From assembly GCA_030390025.1 (NCBI GenBank), contig CM059431.1, forward strand, positions 118,236,001 through 118,300,000: 64,000 nucleotides of DNA, given 5' to 3'. Below the pieces are notes generated by a model. That model was not told the DNA's origin. It did not search any database and saw nothing but the letters and a program-made list of their open reading frames with translations. A program made the translations under genes and the position numbers. Below are positions 1 through 12,942 of this stretch, piece after piece. Within the stretch, counting starts at the first letter, position 1. The number at the start of each line of letters is the position of its first letter. The stretch is from Squalus acanthias (taxonomy: Eukaryota).

Positions 1-1736
1 ACACCGCCCACACCATCCCTGCCCAGGTAGACAAAATTCCAGTCATAAATTCAGCACAAGATTATTGTAATATTCAGTGCTGCATTCTATTCTTATTCAC
101 TGCATCATTTCCACCATGACCTATTAAATATGAAGCTTTGCTATAGGAGAGTGCTGTGTCAATTGCACTATAAGACCAAAATAAAAAGTTCCCCTTAATG
201 CAATATGCATATTGACATCATAGTATCACTCATATGAAGCCACCCTTTGACTTACACCACAAGTCAACTATCTCCTGTCCCACTAGGCATATTCATGCAG
301 GTAAATTGGTTTTAAGACGATATATCTACTGAGCCCTTGCCCATGGCAAGGTACCTGGACCATGTGAGTCTTCAATTGAAACACTGCCAGTAATTTCACT
401 TCTGCTAAAATCAATGGATAGAATTTTACATTCCATGCTTGCAGCAGGCCAGGTTTCCCACTATGAGTAAAGATTCAGAGATTCTACCCTAATATGTATA
501 CAGCTGGGTGAAAAACATGACAGACACTAGATATTCTCATTACTTCAAAACGCAATATGGCGCTGCGCATGCATAGACTTGTACGTGCCTCAGATGCTGC
601 AGTGTGTTTGCGCAGTGCCATACAATGGAGGATCAATGTGTAGAATGGCATTCCATTCCTTCTGCCTGCCTTCAAAGCAAAAAAAATTAACTGGCCAACT
701 AGAGTGAGGCAGCTTTGTTCAGTGCACATTACAAATACCAGTGAGCAAGCTGAAAATAATCTATGAATAAGTCTAGGAGCAATGCTGGATATTGAACAGA
801 CTAGTTTGAGTAAACATCTGTGTTTTTCTGCTGTTTGCTATGTTTTGATGTGCTTATGTTTCACAGCAACAACAGAAAAAAAATACTAAATTGTATTGTT
901 TAAAGAGAACTTTCAAAAGAAAAAAAGCTTATTTTTTTCTCCCCAGTTTTCACCCATCATCTCCTGAAGATGGTAAGCCATCATGGAGTATATTGTGTGG
1001 GTGCCAGAAACTGAGACAGTGGACACTGAATATTGATAGAGGTACATCCAATTCTGGTGTTGGCACACGTGCAGTTTCCAAATGAGGGTCACTGAACAGT
1101 GATTACGAGCAGCCACTATAGCTGATATTTCCTTTCACTTGGTCGCACAATTCCTTATGAAAGAGATATGGCAACATTAATGTTAATAAACTATTCAAAT
1201 TACCAAAACTCAACACAGTTTTATTACTGGATATAATTGATTATTTAGACTTTTGTTTTACCAGTACCTTAAAACCACCACTTTTAGCATCATTGCAAGC
1301 ATGATTTGTATTGTCAGTCCTATTGATTGGATGGACTTATTGGAAATAAACCATGCTCATCTTTGATATCATTCCTGTTAAGCAAAATCATTCAGTGCTC
1401 ACTGGACATCAACTAATCTTCATATTAACCACATGCAGTATTAACTGCATTTAAAAACAAATGTCAAGAGGTCATTATGGTATTCTAGAACAATTCACTT
1501 GGACATTGGTTACAAATATTTGGAGGCGAGGGTGTGATTTCACCAGTTTCTTGAATTACGTGCAATAAACAATGAAGCTGGAAGGGGTAAGGGTCTGACA
1601 GCCTGATACGCAGTGGTGTATAACATGTAACCTTTTATTAGATCAAAATAAGCATATACAGATATAATTAAACAAGTTTCTAAACCCTCTTGGGTTTTTT
1701 TGGAATCTGAGTTGGTTTTATGTGCGTAAAGAACAA

Positions 1737-2348
1737 GGGGAAAAATTTGGTTGATTTGCGCCTCCCGTTAGTGCCGTGCGCAGCGCCCTACTGCGATCTT
1801 CGGTAGCGCCCCCTGACTTACCGCCGGACGCTATGTCTGACGGGGTCAGGGGGCCTACCTGCGGCCGGGACGGCGTGAATTAAAGGGAAGATGCCGGGCG
1901 GCCATTTTTGTTGCTGGCTGCCTGCCAGCACATGCCCCCGTTGCCGTCCCTGGCCTTCTGAGCAGCACCCCCGCGGAGTGCCGGCTGCGCTCCGTGAGCC
2001 CAGCACTTCTCTTGAGTGCTGGGCTCTTTTGCCGGCACTCCGGTCCCTGGTGGCCCAGCTGGGCCCTAGGTCGCGCTGCGCTAGGCCCTGCACCTTTAAG
2101 AAGGGGAGGACGGCCTGCAGTACTGTGGCGCGACGTGCCACAGCGTGTGGTGCTGCGGCATGTAGCACCATGATATTCACTCGCAGCACCCCAAGAGGGA
2201 GGTAGGGCGCTTCCAGTAGCACCCCGCTTCCCTCTTGGGGCGCTACCGCTGAATTTTGGGTGTGGGGGTGCTAACTTTTTTGGGGTACTAAAAGTAGCGC
2301 CCCGGCGAAGTTAGCGTCCCAAATGGGGCGTGACCCAATTTTTCCCCC
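1737..2348 (-). mobile_element. Non-autonomous Harbinger MITE related to element H2
   Basis: Ends GGGGAAAAATTT / AATTTTTCCCCC, flanked by CAA on both sides. Subterminal sequences match the two ends of H2 (52429-57020) in reverse orientation. Confidence 0.8.
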
Positions 2349-2498
2349 CAAATGTAATAAAGCATGTTCAAACAAAGAAATTAATGTTTTGGTGGTGCAG
2401 TCAAAGGAACCTTTATTAACAAAATATATAAGGGCATCGAGGTGGATTACAATATATATGTAGGTGGAAGTACGGAGAAGGCTTCCTGCCCAGACTTT

Positions 2499-4314
2499 GG
2501 GCTAAATTTTGCCGGCGCTGAGATGGCAGGTTTGGAGGCGGGTCCACTGTCAAAATCACAAAGATTGACAGCAGGCCTGTATCCCGCTGTAAACCCTCCT
2601 CCTTGTCAGTTTCCCAAGTGTCGGGTCTATCATCCCTGAACAGATCCGACACCAAGCGGAGAGTCAGCCAATTTAGATAGTTTAAAGCTTATTAAAAGGT
2701 AGTTAAGAACCATTTTCCCATGTACTTACCATTTTACCAGGTTTTCAATGAGGTTCTCAGAGAGCGGCAATCACGTCAGGTAAGTGTGTCGGGTTCTCAA
2801 TGACTGTGGATTGCTGTGAATAGGTGAAAGCTGCAAATGTGGTCTGAAACCTATCATTTCAGAGCTGTTCACTTCCCAATCTTAGAAGCTGGAGCATTAA
2901 TGATTTGGACCCATTTTTGTGCTTTATGCAGTTTGAAGTGTTTGGAGTAATCTCTCTATCCACTGTCACCTCCTTGGAACAACCTATCTCAACACTGACA
3001 GATCGCTTCTGTCATCTCAACTTCACCTGCCGTCTATTCCATCAGCATCGGTGCCCTTGAAAAAATCTCACCTTGGTCCTCAGAATCCCAAAACAATCAG
3101 TGTCAACACCAGCATCACCAGGCACACCAGCAACACCAACATCCACACCATCCTTCTCTGCAATCAACTGATGTTGCACAGGACACAGGGCATCATCACC
3201 CATGCACATTGCTGCCTGGGATGCCAGTGATGGTCTCACCATGTCCAGATTTGCCTCACTAAACACTGAACACCCTGGCTGTCACAAGATGCACCAGGTT
3301 GGCACCACCCCACACCAGCACCATAATACATCCCTACAATGTCCAAGCCATTCCTTTCATACTCATCACCATTGGTTGTGGGGGGGTGGGGGGGGGGATG
3401 TTGGGGGGTACCGTTATGTCTCACCATTCACTGGAATTCACTAAGACACTTTCAAAGGTGCACACAAATCTGTCCAAGAAGGCAAAGTGGTGACAATAAT
3501 GATTTCAATGCTTGACAACACATTAATAGAAAGTTTACATGAACATTGGCTAAAACATCCAAGTGCCTACCCTTGTGTGTTGTTAGTTGGTATGATTGGA
3601 CTTGAATGAGGGTGAGTGTGAGGGGTGGCTAGTGAGATGGGGAAGTGATAATGTAGATAGAGAGGGATGGGTGGAGGTGCAAGGTAAGTTGGTGTGAGTA
3701 AGGATGTGCAGGAGTAGGGTAGGGAAGGCAGAGTGATGGGGATGTGATGAGTGGCACAGGAGGATAAGGTTGAGTGTGGCTTTGCAGTAACATTTCGTGA
3801 TCTACTGTAATCATTGAAATGTTTGCGTCACTGCAGCCTGGTCCTGCTGACGACATCCCTGCTTGTGCCCTCCTGTGCAATGTGCAACCAGGCTGCGTTG
3901 GTGTCCTGGGGGATGTCTCTTCTGCCCATTGGAAGGAAAGAGTACCTCCCTGCATGCTGTGACTCCCTCCATAAGCATATGGTGGGAGTCATGGGAGAGC
4001 CTGGGTGCATCCATGCACCTTTGTGCAGTGCTTTTCAGGGTTTGCAGCACCTCAATGCTGCAGAACACTGACAGCACAACTGTCAAAATAAATGTGGACA
4101 TGGCCCCTTTAAGGAAACTGGCTGATGATGGGTCATCAGATGACATCATCAGACCCATTTCCTTTTAATTGGCCAGGAACCTCGCAGGGTGGGCTTAACA
4201 AGCCCAATCAGGGCAAAATCACTTGGTGGAGGCAGGATGAAGGCAGGTGCGGAGTTTGCGACCGCTGTCTGCTGTGGCCACACCGGATTCGCCACGGCTA
4301 GCAAAATCACTGCC
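2499..4314. mobile_element. Degenerate Harbinger-family element (Myb/SANT remnant on minus strand), copy 1
   Basis: Ends GGGCTAAATTTTGC / GCAAAATCACTGCC followed by TTA. Minus strand ~3820-4030 reads APRLSHDS..MLMEGVTA.REVLFP..TNAAWLHIAQE..SRDVV.RTRLQ across a frameshift. Colinear with 6762-8752 and 60017-61729. Confidence 0.75.
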
Positions 4315-5416
4315 TTAGAGTGCATTCAGAGATATAGCATGGCACTGTGAATAATATGGAATTATAAATACAGCACAAGGTATGTAATACTGGGCTAAAG
4401 AGGACAATTCTCATGTTGTGCTGCAGCACTGTGTTTACTTTTATGTAGCCCTGGGACAGAAGCTGATTAAGGGATGGGGAGATAAATGGGAAGCAAGGTG
4501 GCAGTTGTATTATGATAAGACCGTCATGTTCAAGGATAAGTGATTAGTTGAGATTTGAGTTGCGATTTTGAGGGACAAGTCTTTTCATATGTATACGCAG
4601 TGTTTCTGTCTTTAAAATGGAACCCTGTCATTTTTTCCCCATTTATTCACATAAGGAGGTCAAATGTCTAAATATGAAGGACCTGCAAATCTAAGAAAAA
4701 TACCATAACATAACACAAATATATTAAAAATAGTATTCTACCGTGGTCTATGACCAGGGATGCTTTTAAGAGACCTGATAGCTTTTTCATGCAGTGGAAC
4801 ATGACCTCTTTAAATGAGATGTGTATCACCAGTACTGACAGCTTTAATTGCTTCATTACATACTTTTATTCACCACTATCAAAATATGTGAATTGCTGAA
4901 TGTTATTAACTCTTTGAAGAATGGAATAGCATTTCAAGACCAAATTTAATAGCAGCATGAATATAACTTGATTTGTGAGGAGAAATACAATGAAGTTATT
5001 CATTCCCTTACTGTACTTTTTGATTGAATATCCCATGATATAAAATGTTTCTAATATCTCCCCAGTACTCCAGTGTCCCTGGAACGTGCACCAAACGCAA
5101 TGATATCCAAGTGTGCTTCACTCCAGCCTTGCCCATGCTACACTGCAAGAGCCACAGAGAGGTGTGAGAGATTGGTTCAGATCCACCCTCTGATTTTCCC
5201 TCCTTCCGTATGATTCAAAGTCTAGCCACTGCAATCAGGAAGTCCGAGATATGCTCTACCACTGCTGCACATACCCCTTTGTACTTTATTACATTCTGAA
5301 TTTAAAAATGATCCTTTCTGCTCTTTTGAGGATTGATCAATTTTATCCAATTAATAGCTGAGTGTTATGGACCAGGAATATCTCAGATTCGATCCAGGGT
5401 CCGTGCCGAATTAGCT

Positions 5417-6253
5417 AATCATAGAATTTTACAGCACAGAAGGACACCATTCGGCCCATCTTGCCGTACCAGCTCTTTAAAAGAGCTATCCAATTTGTTC
5501 CACTCCCTGGCTCTTTTCCCATAGTCCTGAAATTGTTTCTTTTTCAAGCCTATATCCAATTCTCTTTTGAAAGTTACTATTGAATCTGCTTCCACTGCCC
5601 TTTCAGATAATGCATTCCAAATCATAACAAATTGCTGCATTAAAAAAAAATGCTCATCTCCCATTTGGTTCTATTGCTAATAATCTTAAATCTGTATCTT
5701 TTAGTTACTGACCTTCCTGCCAGTGGAAACAGTTTCTCCTTATTTACGCTATCAAAACCCCTCATAATTTTGAACACCTCTATGAAATCGCCCCTTAACT
5801 TTAGCTGCTCTAAGAAGTACAATCCCAGCTTAAGAACATAAGAATTAGGAGCAGGAGTAGGCCATAAAGCCCCTCGAGCCTGCTCCGCCATTCAATAAGA
5901 TCATGGCTGATCTTCCACCTCAACTCCACCTTCCTGCCCTAGCCCCATATCTCTTGATTCCCTTAGTGCCTAAAACAATCTATCGCTCTCATGCTTGAAT
6001 ATACTCATCAACTGAGCCTCCACAGCTCTATGGAATAGAGAATTCCAAAGATTCACAACCCTCTGAGTGAATAAATGTCTTCTTATCTCAGGCTTAAATG
6101 GCCGACTCCTTATCCTGAGACTGTGACCCCTGGTTCTAGACTCTCCAGCCAAGGGAAACAGCCTCTCAGCATTCTCTAGTCTCTCCACCTAACTGAAGTC
6201 CCTCATCCATGCTATCATTCTTTTAAATCTCCTCTTCATCCTCTTCAAGGCCT
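5417..6253 (-). mobile_element. CR1-type LINE 3' fragments (a second 3' end nested at ~5831-6170)
   Basis: Minus-strand ORFs LRGDFIEVFKIMRGFD and LFTQRVVNLWNSL resemble the CR1 ORF2 C-terminus. The AAGAACATAAGAA tail repeat is present. Confidence 0.85.
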
Positions 6254-6761
6254 TATCTTTGCTGGGTTAGCAGCAGGGGTGCTATCGTTGGCCTTAGGAA
6301 AAACCACCCTCAATCACTTTACAGTCACCATTATTAAAAATGAATGTGGATGTTAGGTGAATTCAGGATGAAGTTTGTCTGTGATGCTCCACCATAATCA
6401 AATAGCCTGTGGACATTCATTGTCAGGTTTCAGGCTAGCTGGACAAGGGATCAGTGGGTGCCTGTGCCTGTGGAGCTATACCCCAGCAAGGACTCAATGT
6501 TGTGGGGGGGGAATGGAAGAAAATTCATGGAGAAAATTATTGAGGAAAATTAAGAATCTGAACTAAAATTGGGTGGTTGAGGTAATGGGGGTAATTGTGA
6601 GCTAACTCGCCCGGTGAGAGACTGATGGAATCGAATCGTTCACCGGTTTTACACCACCTCAGGTTTTACTTTCCATTGAAATCAGGTTCCGGAATATACT
6701 GTGCCTGATGTGCATGAATGACAAGTTGAAACTTAAATTTGTACATTTGAAGAAGAAATAT

Positions 6762-8752
6762 GGGCTGGAATTTTCTGGGGGGTCAGCGGACGGGATTGGT
6801 GGTGGGTCGGGTGGACAATTTGATTTTTTTGACAGCAGGTTGGGACCCTGCTGTCAAGTCGTCGCAACACGCCTTTCCCAATGGTGTGTGTGTGTGATCT
6901 CCAATCCGACCCAACCCGCAGAGGCGGGCGTCCCAATTAAACCAATTATTGGGTTGTTGACAGACACTTAATAATGCTTTTAACCTTACGGTTTAACTTT
7001 AACTGCTCACCCACGGTAGTCCACGCAGCTCGGGGACCACGTCTGTGAACCTGAGGCAGGAGTTGAATTGCCATTGCTCCAGCTGATTACTTGACAGCTT
7101 CAAATGTACAGTAAAAGCTCCCACCTGACAGATCATCACTTTCCTCAGCCACAAGCTGTTTCTCAGTCCATTTCCAGTGCAGAATCTGCAGGTTTTCCAC
7201 TTTCCACTCTCCATCCACTTTCACCTCATTGGAAGAACTCTCACCATTGACTGAATGATTTTGTCATCTCTACTTCACTTGCTATCTATTCCATCAACAT
7301 GGGTGCCCTTTATACTCTCTCACCTCGGTGCTTAGAATCCAACCACAATGAGCCCAACACAAGCAGCACCAGGCACACCAGCAGCACCAACAACAACACC
7401 AAGCTTCTCCGCAATCACCTGATGCTGCACAGGACACAGAGCATCAGCACCCGAGCACATTGCTGCCTGGGACACCACGGATAGCCTCACCATGGCCACA
7501 TTTACTTCACTTGACACTGTACACTCTGGCTGCCACATGATGCGCCAGGTTGGCACCACCCCACACCAACATCCTAAAGCATCCCTACAATGCCCAAGCC
7601 ATTCCTTTCACACTCACCACCATTGCGGGGGGTACCGTTATGTCTCACCATTCACTGCAACTCACTAAGCCACTTCCAAAGGTGCATACAGATCTGTTCA
7701 AGAAGTGTTGAAAATAAAGATTTGAATGATTGGCATCACATTAACAGAAACTTCACATGAACATTGGCGATAACATCCAAGTGGCTACCCTTGTGTGTTG
7801 CCAGTTGGTATGATTGCACTAGGATGAGGGTGAGTGTGAGCGGTGGCTAGTGAGATGGGGAAGTGATCATTTAGATAGAGAGGGATGGGTGGAGGTGCAA
7901 GGTAAGTTGGTGTGAGTAACGATGTGCAGGAGTAGTTTAGGGAAGGCAGAATGATGGGGATGTGATGAGAGGCACAGCAGGATGAAAGTGAATGTGGCTT
8001 TGTACTGACCGTTCATGATCTAATGAGATAACTGAAAGGTTTGTGCCACTGCAGTCTGGTCCTCCTGACAACATCCCTGCTTGTGCCCTCCTGTGCAATG
8101 TGCAACCAGGCTGCGTTGGTGCCCTGGGGAGGTGTCTTCCATCCATGGATAGGGAAGAGGACCTCCCTGCGTGCTGTGACTCCCTCCATAAGCATATGGA
8201 GGGAGTCATTGGAGAGCCTGGGTGCAGCCGTGCACCTCTGTGCAGTGATTGTCAGTGTTTGCAGCACCTCAATGCTGTAGAACACTGACAGCACAAACGT
8301 CAAAAGAAATTTGGCCATGGCCCCTGACGTAAGAAAACTACTCGGCACTTGGTCTAAGCGTTAAACAAAGCTTTAATCAACTGTTTTTCAACATGGAGAT
8401 CTAGTTGTGTCCTTCACTAGTTCCTGTTGAGGAATGTCCTGAGCAAGCTGGGCCCATGCCCGAGTATTTATACTCTCCCTGGACAGCGCCACCAGCAGTC
8501 CACCCAGTATTACTTCATACATGAATGACAAGATTCATGTCAGCCCCTTTGAGGAAATCGGCTGATGACCCGTCATGAATGACGTCACCAGACCCGCTTC
8601 CTCTAATTGGGCTGGGAAATGTGCTGGGCGGGCTTAACAAGCCCTATCAACGTAAGTTCATTTTAGGCAGCGGGATGGAGCCAGCAGCGGGACCGCGACC
8701 CGCCACCGACATCGCCCGTACCGGACCCGCCGAAGTGAGCAAAATCCCGGCC
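6762..8752. mobile_element. Degenerate Harbinger-family element, copy 2
   Basis: Ends GGGCTGGAATTTT / AAAATCCCGGCC. Myb/SANT remnant in ORF 8013-8348 (-): APRLSNDSLHMLMEGVTARREVLFP. Colinear with copy 1. Confidence 0.75.
8325..8542 (-). mobile_element. 218-bp solo LTR of an unrelated LTR retrotransposon
   Basis: TGAC...GTCA termini with a 5-bp TSD GCCCC (8320-8324 / 8543-8547). Absent at the equivalent site in copy 1. TATAAATA then ATTAAA on the minus strand. Confidence 0.75.
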
Positions 8753-9272
8753 GTGGAATGGGTTTGATGCTTTCCTTGGGTTCCGATTGTTTATGCTGAT
8801 TTATGCCCATTTTAAGTTTGGGCATATTCTAATCAGATTGGGAGGACACTTGGGCATAACTTGATATCAGCAAAATGGGAAATCCAGGTTGTGCCCAAGG
8901 AGGAAATTTCAGGCTTTATTATTTAATACCACTACTACTCGCCTTCCTAAAAAACTTGTATGTACCTTTTAACTATACATGTACTCTGAGTGCTATCCTC
9001 CCAATATAACTTTGAGCCATTCCATATGCACATCATAGATTCAAGTCCCCCTTTAGGGCCACTTGTTATTTCTTATTAAAATAGAGTTTTTTGTCACTCT
9101 TTCTGTTACAGTGAAGTAGTTTTAAGGAACACTGCTCATAATTTGAAACTGATTTATTACTTACAGTGACTCGACCATTTTCAGAGCCCCAGAGTTGCGG
9201 TGATGGCTCTGCTTTCCGATAATGATCTTTGAATATCTCTTTTGCTGCAAATCTGAGAGTGAGAGAGCTGTT

Positions 9273-9923
9273 GGATGCGAAATTGGGATTGTTAGCACCC
9301 ATTTTTTCGGCGCTACGAGTGCCCTTAGAGATGCAAAATGTTGTCCACTGCATGCACGCAAACTTGTAGAACGAATCGCGCCAGGTGCCATATTGGTGAA
9401 AGCGTTAGCACGCGCAGTGAACGCCCGCCATAAGTATGCAGATCAGGCATATCATGACATTAATCCGCATATGTCTGGATGGACTCCTGGGCCCATTACA
9501 GGATACAGGACATCTCTCCTACTTTCCATCTCCTCCACCAATGCCTTCAGTGCAGAGTCCAAAAACCTTGGAGCCTGTTCTTCCCATGTTGTGCCATTTC
9601 TCACTGCTTCCCAGGTCTGATTCACTTCCTGCACAACTCCCAGCACCTGCTCCAGCCACAATGCACCTCCCCTTTAAGAGGCACAGGCTAGCTTTAAGCA
9701 GGGCTGGCGAGCTTTAACTGGTGCTAGCAAGTTACGATATTGGCCCCTTGCTGACGTGTCCAGCCAATGAACAGTGCGGTCAGCCCTGGCTGGATGCTGA
9801 AATCATTCAAATGAGCAGGCAGCACGAAGTTGGCATGCTGCCTGAATTTCAATCAACGGGCGCGTGTTAATCATGCATCGCGATCCCCGTGCCTGTTTTC
9901 AGGGGCTATTTAATTTAGCTCTC
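9273..9923 (-). mobile_element. Internally deleted Harbinger derivative with Myb/SANT N-terminal fragment
   Basis: Left end GGATGCGAAATTGG resembles the H1 terminus. The minus strand encodes APRFLDSALKALVEEMESRRDVLYP. Confidence 0.65.
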
Positions 9924-12900
9924 ATTCTATTTTATCAGGTGACATTGAATCGCTCCCCTCACACCAGGGAAGTGAGAAAGAAAGGAGTGACTCACAGTTG
10001 TTTTTAATTCAAAATGATCTCAACAACCCACCTACTAAATGAACAATATATATTTGGGTAGGTGTAAGAACTTTTAGTTGACCTGAAACAAATCAGTTGT
10101 CATACTTACTTTTGCAACATAAGGAAGCTGTAATGAAAAATCTCAGTGTATTTTTTTTCTGTTAAGGCTAGTTCTCCCATGGTCCTGAGACTAATTAACT
10201 GCAAGATATCCACTTTTACAGAATTCACATATACTCTCTCTTATTCTGCAGCCAGAACAGCTTTCATGCTATGATGATACAATTGCTTGGTGTTGCATCA
10301 CCATTCATTTCCCAGAATTATGACATGGTGCATTCATTCTGTCACAGTTGTCATTTCCTAGATGATTTGAGACAGATGACAGCTTGCAGCTCTGGCTATT
10401 AGATGAGTACATACTGCTTTGGCAGGATTAATATCTTTCCTCATGACTAGATAAAGCAATTTTACTAAAATAATTTTGGGGGGGATTAAAACCCTGGGTT
10501 GTGTTGAATCTATTGCTTCATCTACAGATTAGAAGACAAATGAGGAGAACTATATCTTACTTTGAAGGGGAACGGCAGTGTAGTGGTAATGTCACTGGGC
10601 TAGTAATCCAGTTAGACCTCGACTAATGATCCAGAAATGTGAGTTCAAATCCCACCACGGCAGCTGGGGAATTTAAATTCAGTTAATTAAATTATTAAAT
10701 AAATCTGGAATAAAAAAGCTAGTATCAGTAATGAAACTATTGAATAGTCGTAAAAACCCATCCGTTTCACTAATGTCCTTTAGGGAAGGAAATCTGCTGG
10801 CCTATATGTGACACCAGACCCAGACCCTCAGCAACGTGGTTGACTCTTAACTGCCCTCTGAAATGGCCCAGCAAGTCACTCAGTTATAACTAACCGCTAC
10901 GAAAAAGAATGAAACCGGACGGACCACTCGACACTGGCTATGGACACGGCAACGGCACACCTAGCCCAGTCGACCCTGCAAAGTCCTCATCACCAACATC
11001 TGGGGACTTGTGCCAAAATTGGGAGAGCTGTCCCACAGACTAATCAAGCAACAGCCTGACAGAATCATACATTTCAGCCAATGTCCTCCATCACCATCCC
11101 TGGGCGGCCCAGTGGTATACAGTTGGGAAGGAGTGGCCCTGTGAGTCCTCAACATTGAATCTGGACCCCATGAAGTCTCATGGCTTCAGGTCAAGCATGG
11201 GCAAGGAAATCTCCTGCTGATTACCACCTACTGCACTCCCTCAGCTGATGAATCAGTACTCCTCCATGTTGAACACCACTTGGATAGAAGCACTGAAACA
11301 AGGGGCACAGAATGTACTGTGGGTGGGGGACTTCAATATCCATCACTAAGAGTGGCTCGGTAGCACTTCAGCTGGCCGAGTCCTGAAGGACATAACTGCA
11401 GGTCTGGGCCTGTGAGAGAAACAACACGAGGGAAAAACCTACTTGACCTCATCCTCACCAATCTACCTGTTGCAGATGCATCTGTCCATGACAGTGTTGG
11501 TAGCAGTGACCACTGCACAGTCATTGCGGAGACGAAGTCCCGTCATCACACTGAGGTCACTCTCCATCGTGTTATGTGGCACTACCACCGTGCTAAATGG
11601 GATAGATTCAGAAACTGGCATCTGTGAGGTGCTGTGGGCCATCAGCAGCAGCAGAATTGTATTCCACTACCATCTGTAACCTCATGACCTGACATATCCC
11701 TCACTCTACCATTACCATCAAGGCAGGGGACCAACCCTGGTTCAACAAGGAGTGTGGAAGAGCATGGCAGGAGCAGCACCAGGCATACCTAAAAATGAGG
11801 TGTCAGCCCGGGGAAGCTGCAACACAGGACTACATGCATGCTAAAAAGCAGAAGCAGCATGCTATAGACAGGGCTAAGCGATCCCACAATCAACAGATCA
11901 GTCCGCCACGTCCAGTCGTGAATGGTAGTGGACCATTAAACAACTAACGGGAGGAGGAGGCTCCATGAATATCCCCATCCTCAATGATGGTGGAGCCCAG
12001 CACGTGAGTGGAAAAGACAAGGCTGAAGCGTTTCCAACCACCTTCAGCCAGAAGTGCCAAGTGGATGATCCATATCGGCTTACTCCTGAGGTCCCCCTCC
12101 ATCACAGAAGCTAGTCTTCAGCCAATTCGATTCACTCCACATGATATCAAGAAACGGCTGAGCGCACTGGATACAGCAAAGGCTATGGGCCCTGACAACA
12201 TCCCGGCTATCGTGCAGAAAACTTGTGCTCCAGAACTAGCTGCGCCTCTAGCCAAGCTGTTCCATTACAGCCACAACACTAGCATCTATCCGACAAGGTG
12301 GAAAACTGCCCAGGTATGTCCTGTCCACAAAAAGCAGGACAAATCCAACCTGGCCAATTACCGCCACATCAGTCTACTCTCAATCATCAGCAAAGTGATG
12401 GAAGGTGTCATCGACAGTGCTATCAAGCGGCACTTACTCACCAATAACCTGCTCACGGATGCCCAGTTTGGGTTCCGCCAAGACCACTCAGCTCCCAAAC
12501 TCATTACAGCATTGGTCCAAACATGGACAAAGGAGCTGAATTCCAGAGGTGAGGTGAGCGTGACTGCTCTTGACATCAAGGCATCATTTGACCAAGTGTG
12601 GCATCAAGGACCTCTAGTAAAACTTAAGTCAATGGGAATCGGGGGGAAAACGTTCCACTGGCTGGAGTCATACCTAGCAAAAAGGAAGATGGTTGTGGTG
12701 GTTGAAGGTCAATCATCACAGCCCCCGTGTAATGGAATAAGCCATATTCCAAGAAATACATCATCGTATGAACAGATTTTGATAATATTAATACATGACA
12801 TACTGAGTTTAAAAGTCTGGAAAGCCTCGGCGACACAGGCTGCAAACACAAAACAGGCTTCTGAGATAAGGTGAAGTGTTAACAAAAGCTGTAAAACACC

Positions 12901-12942
12901 ACAAGCTTTGAAATGGGAGATGGTTGTAAACACAAAAACAAT

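Noticed and set aside
10572..10660. Functional tRNA gene
   Set aside because: Only A/B-box-like motifs are present. There is no convincing cloverleaf, and it runs on into repeat sequence.
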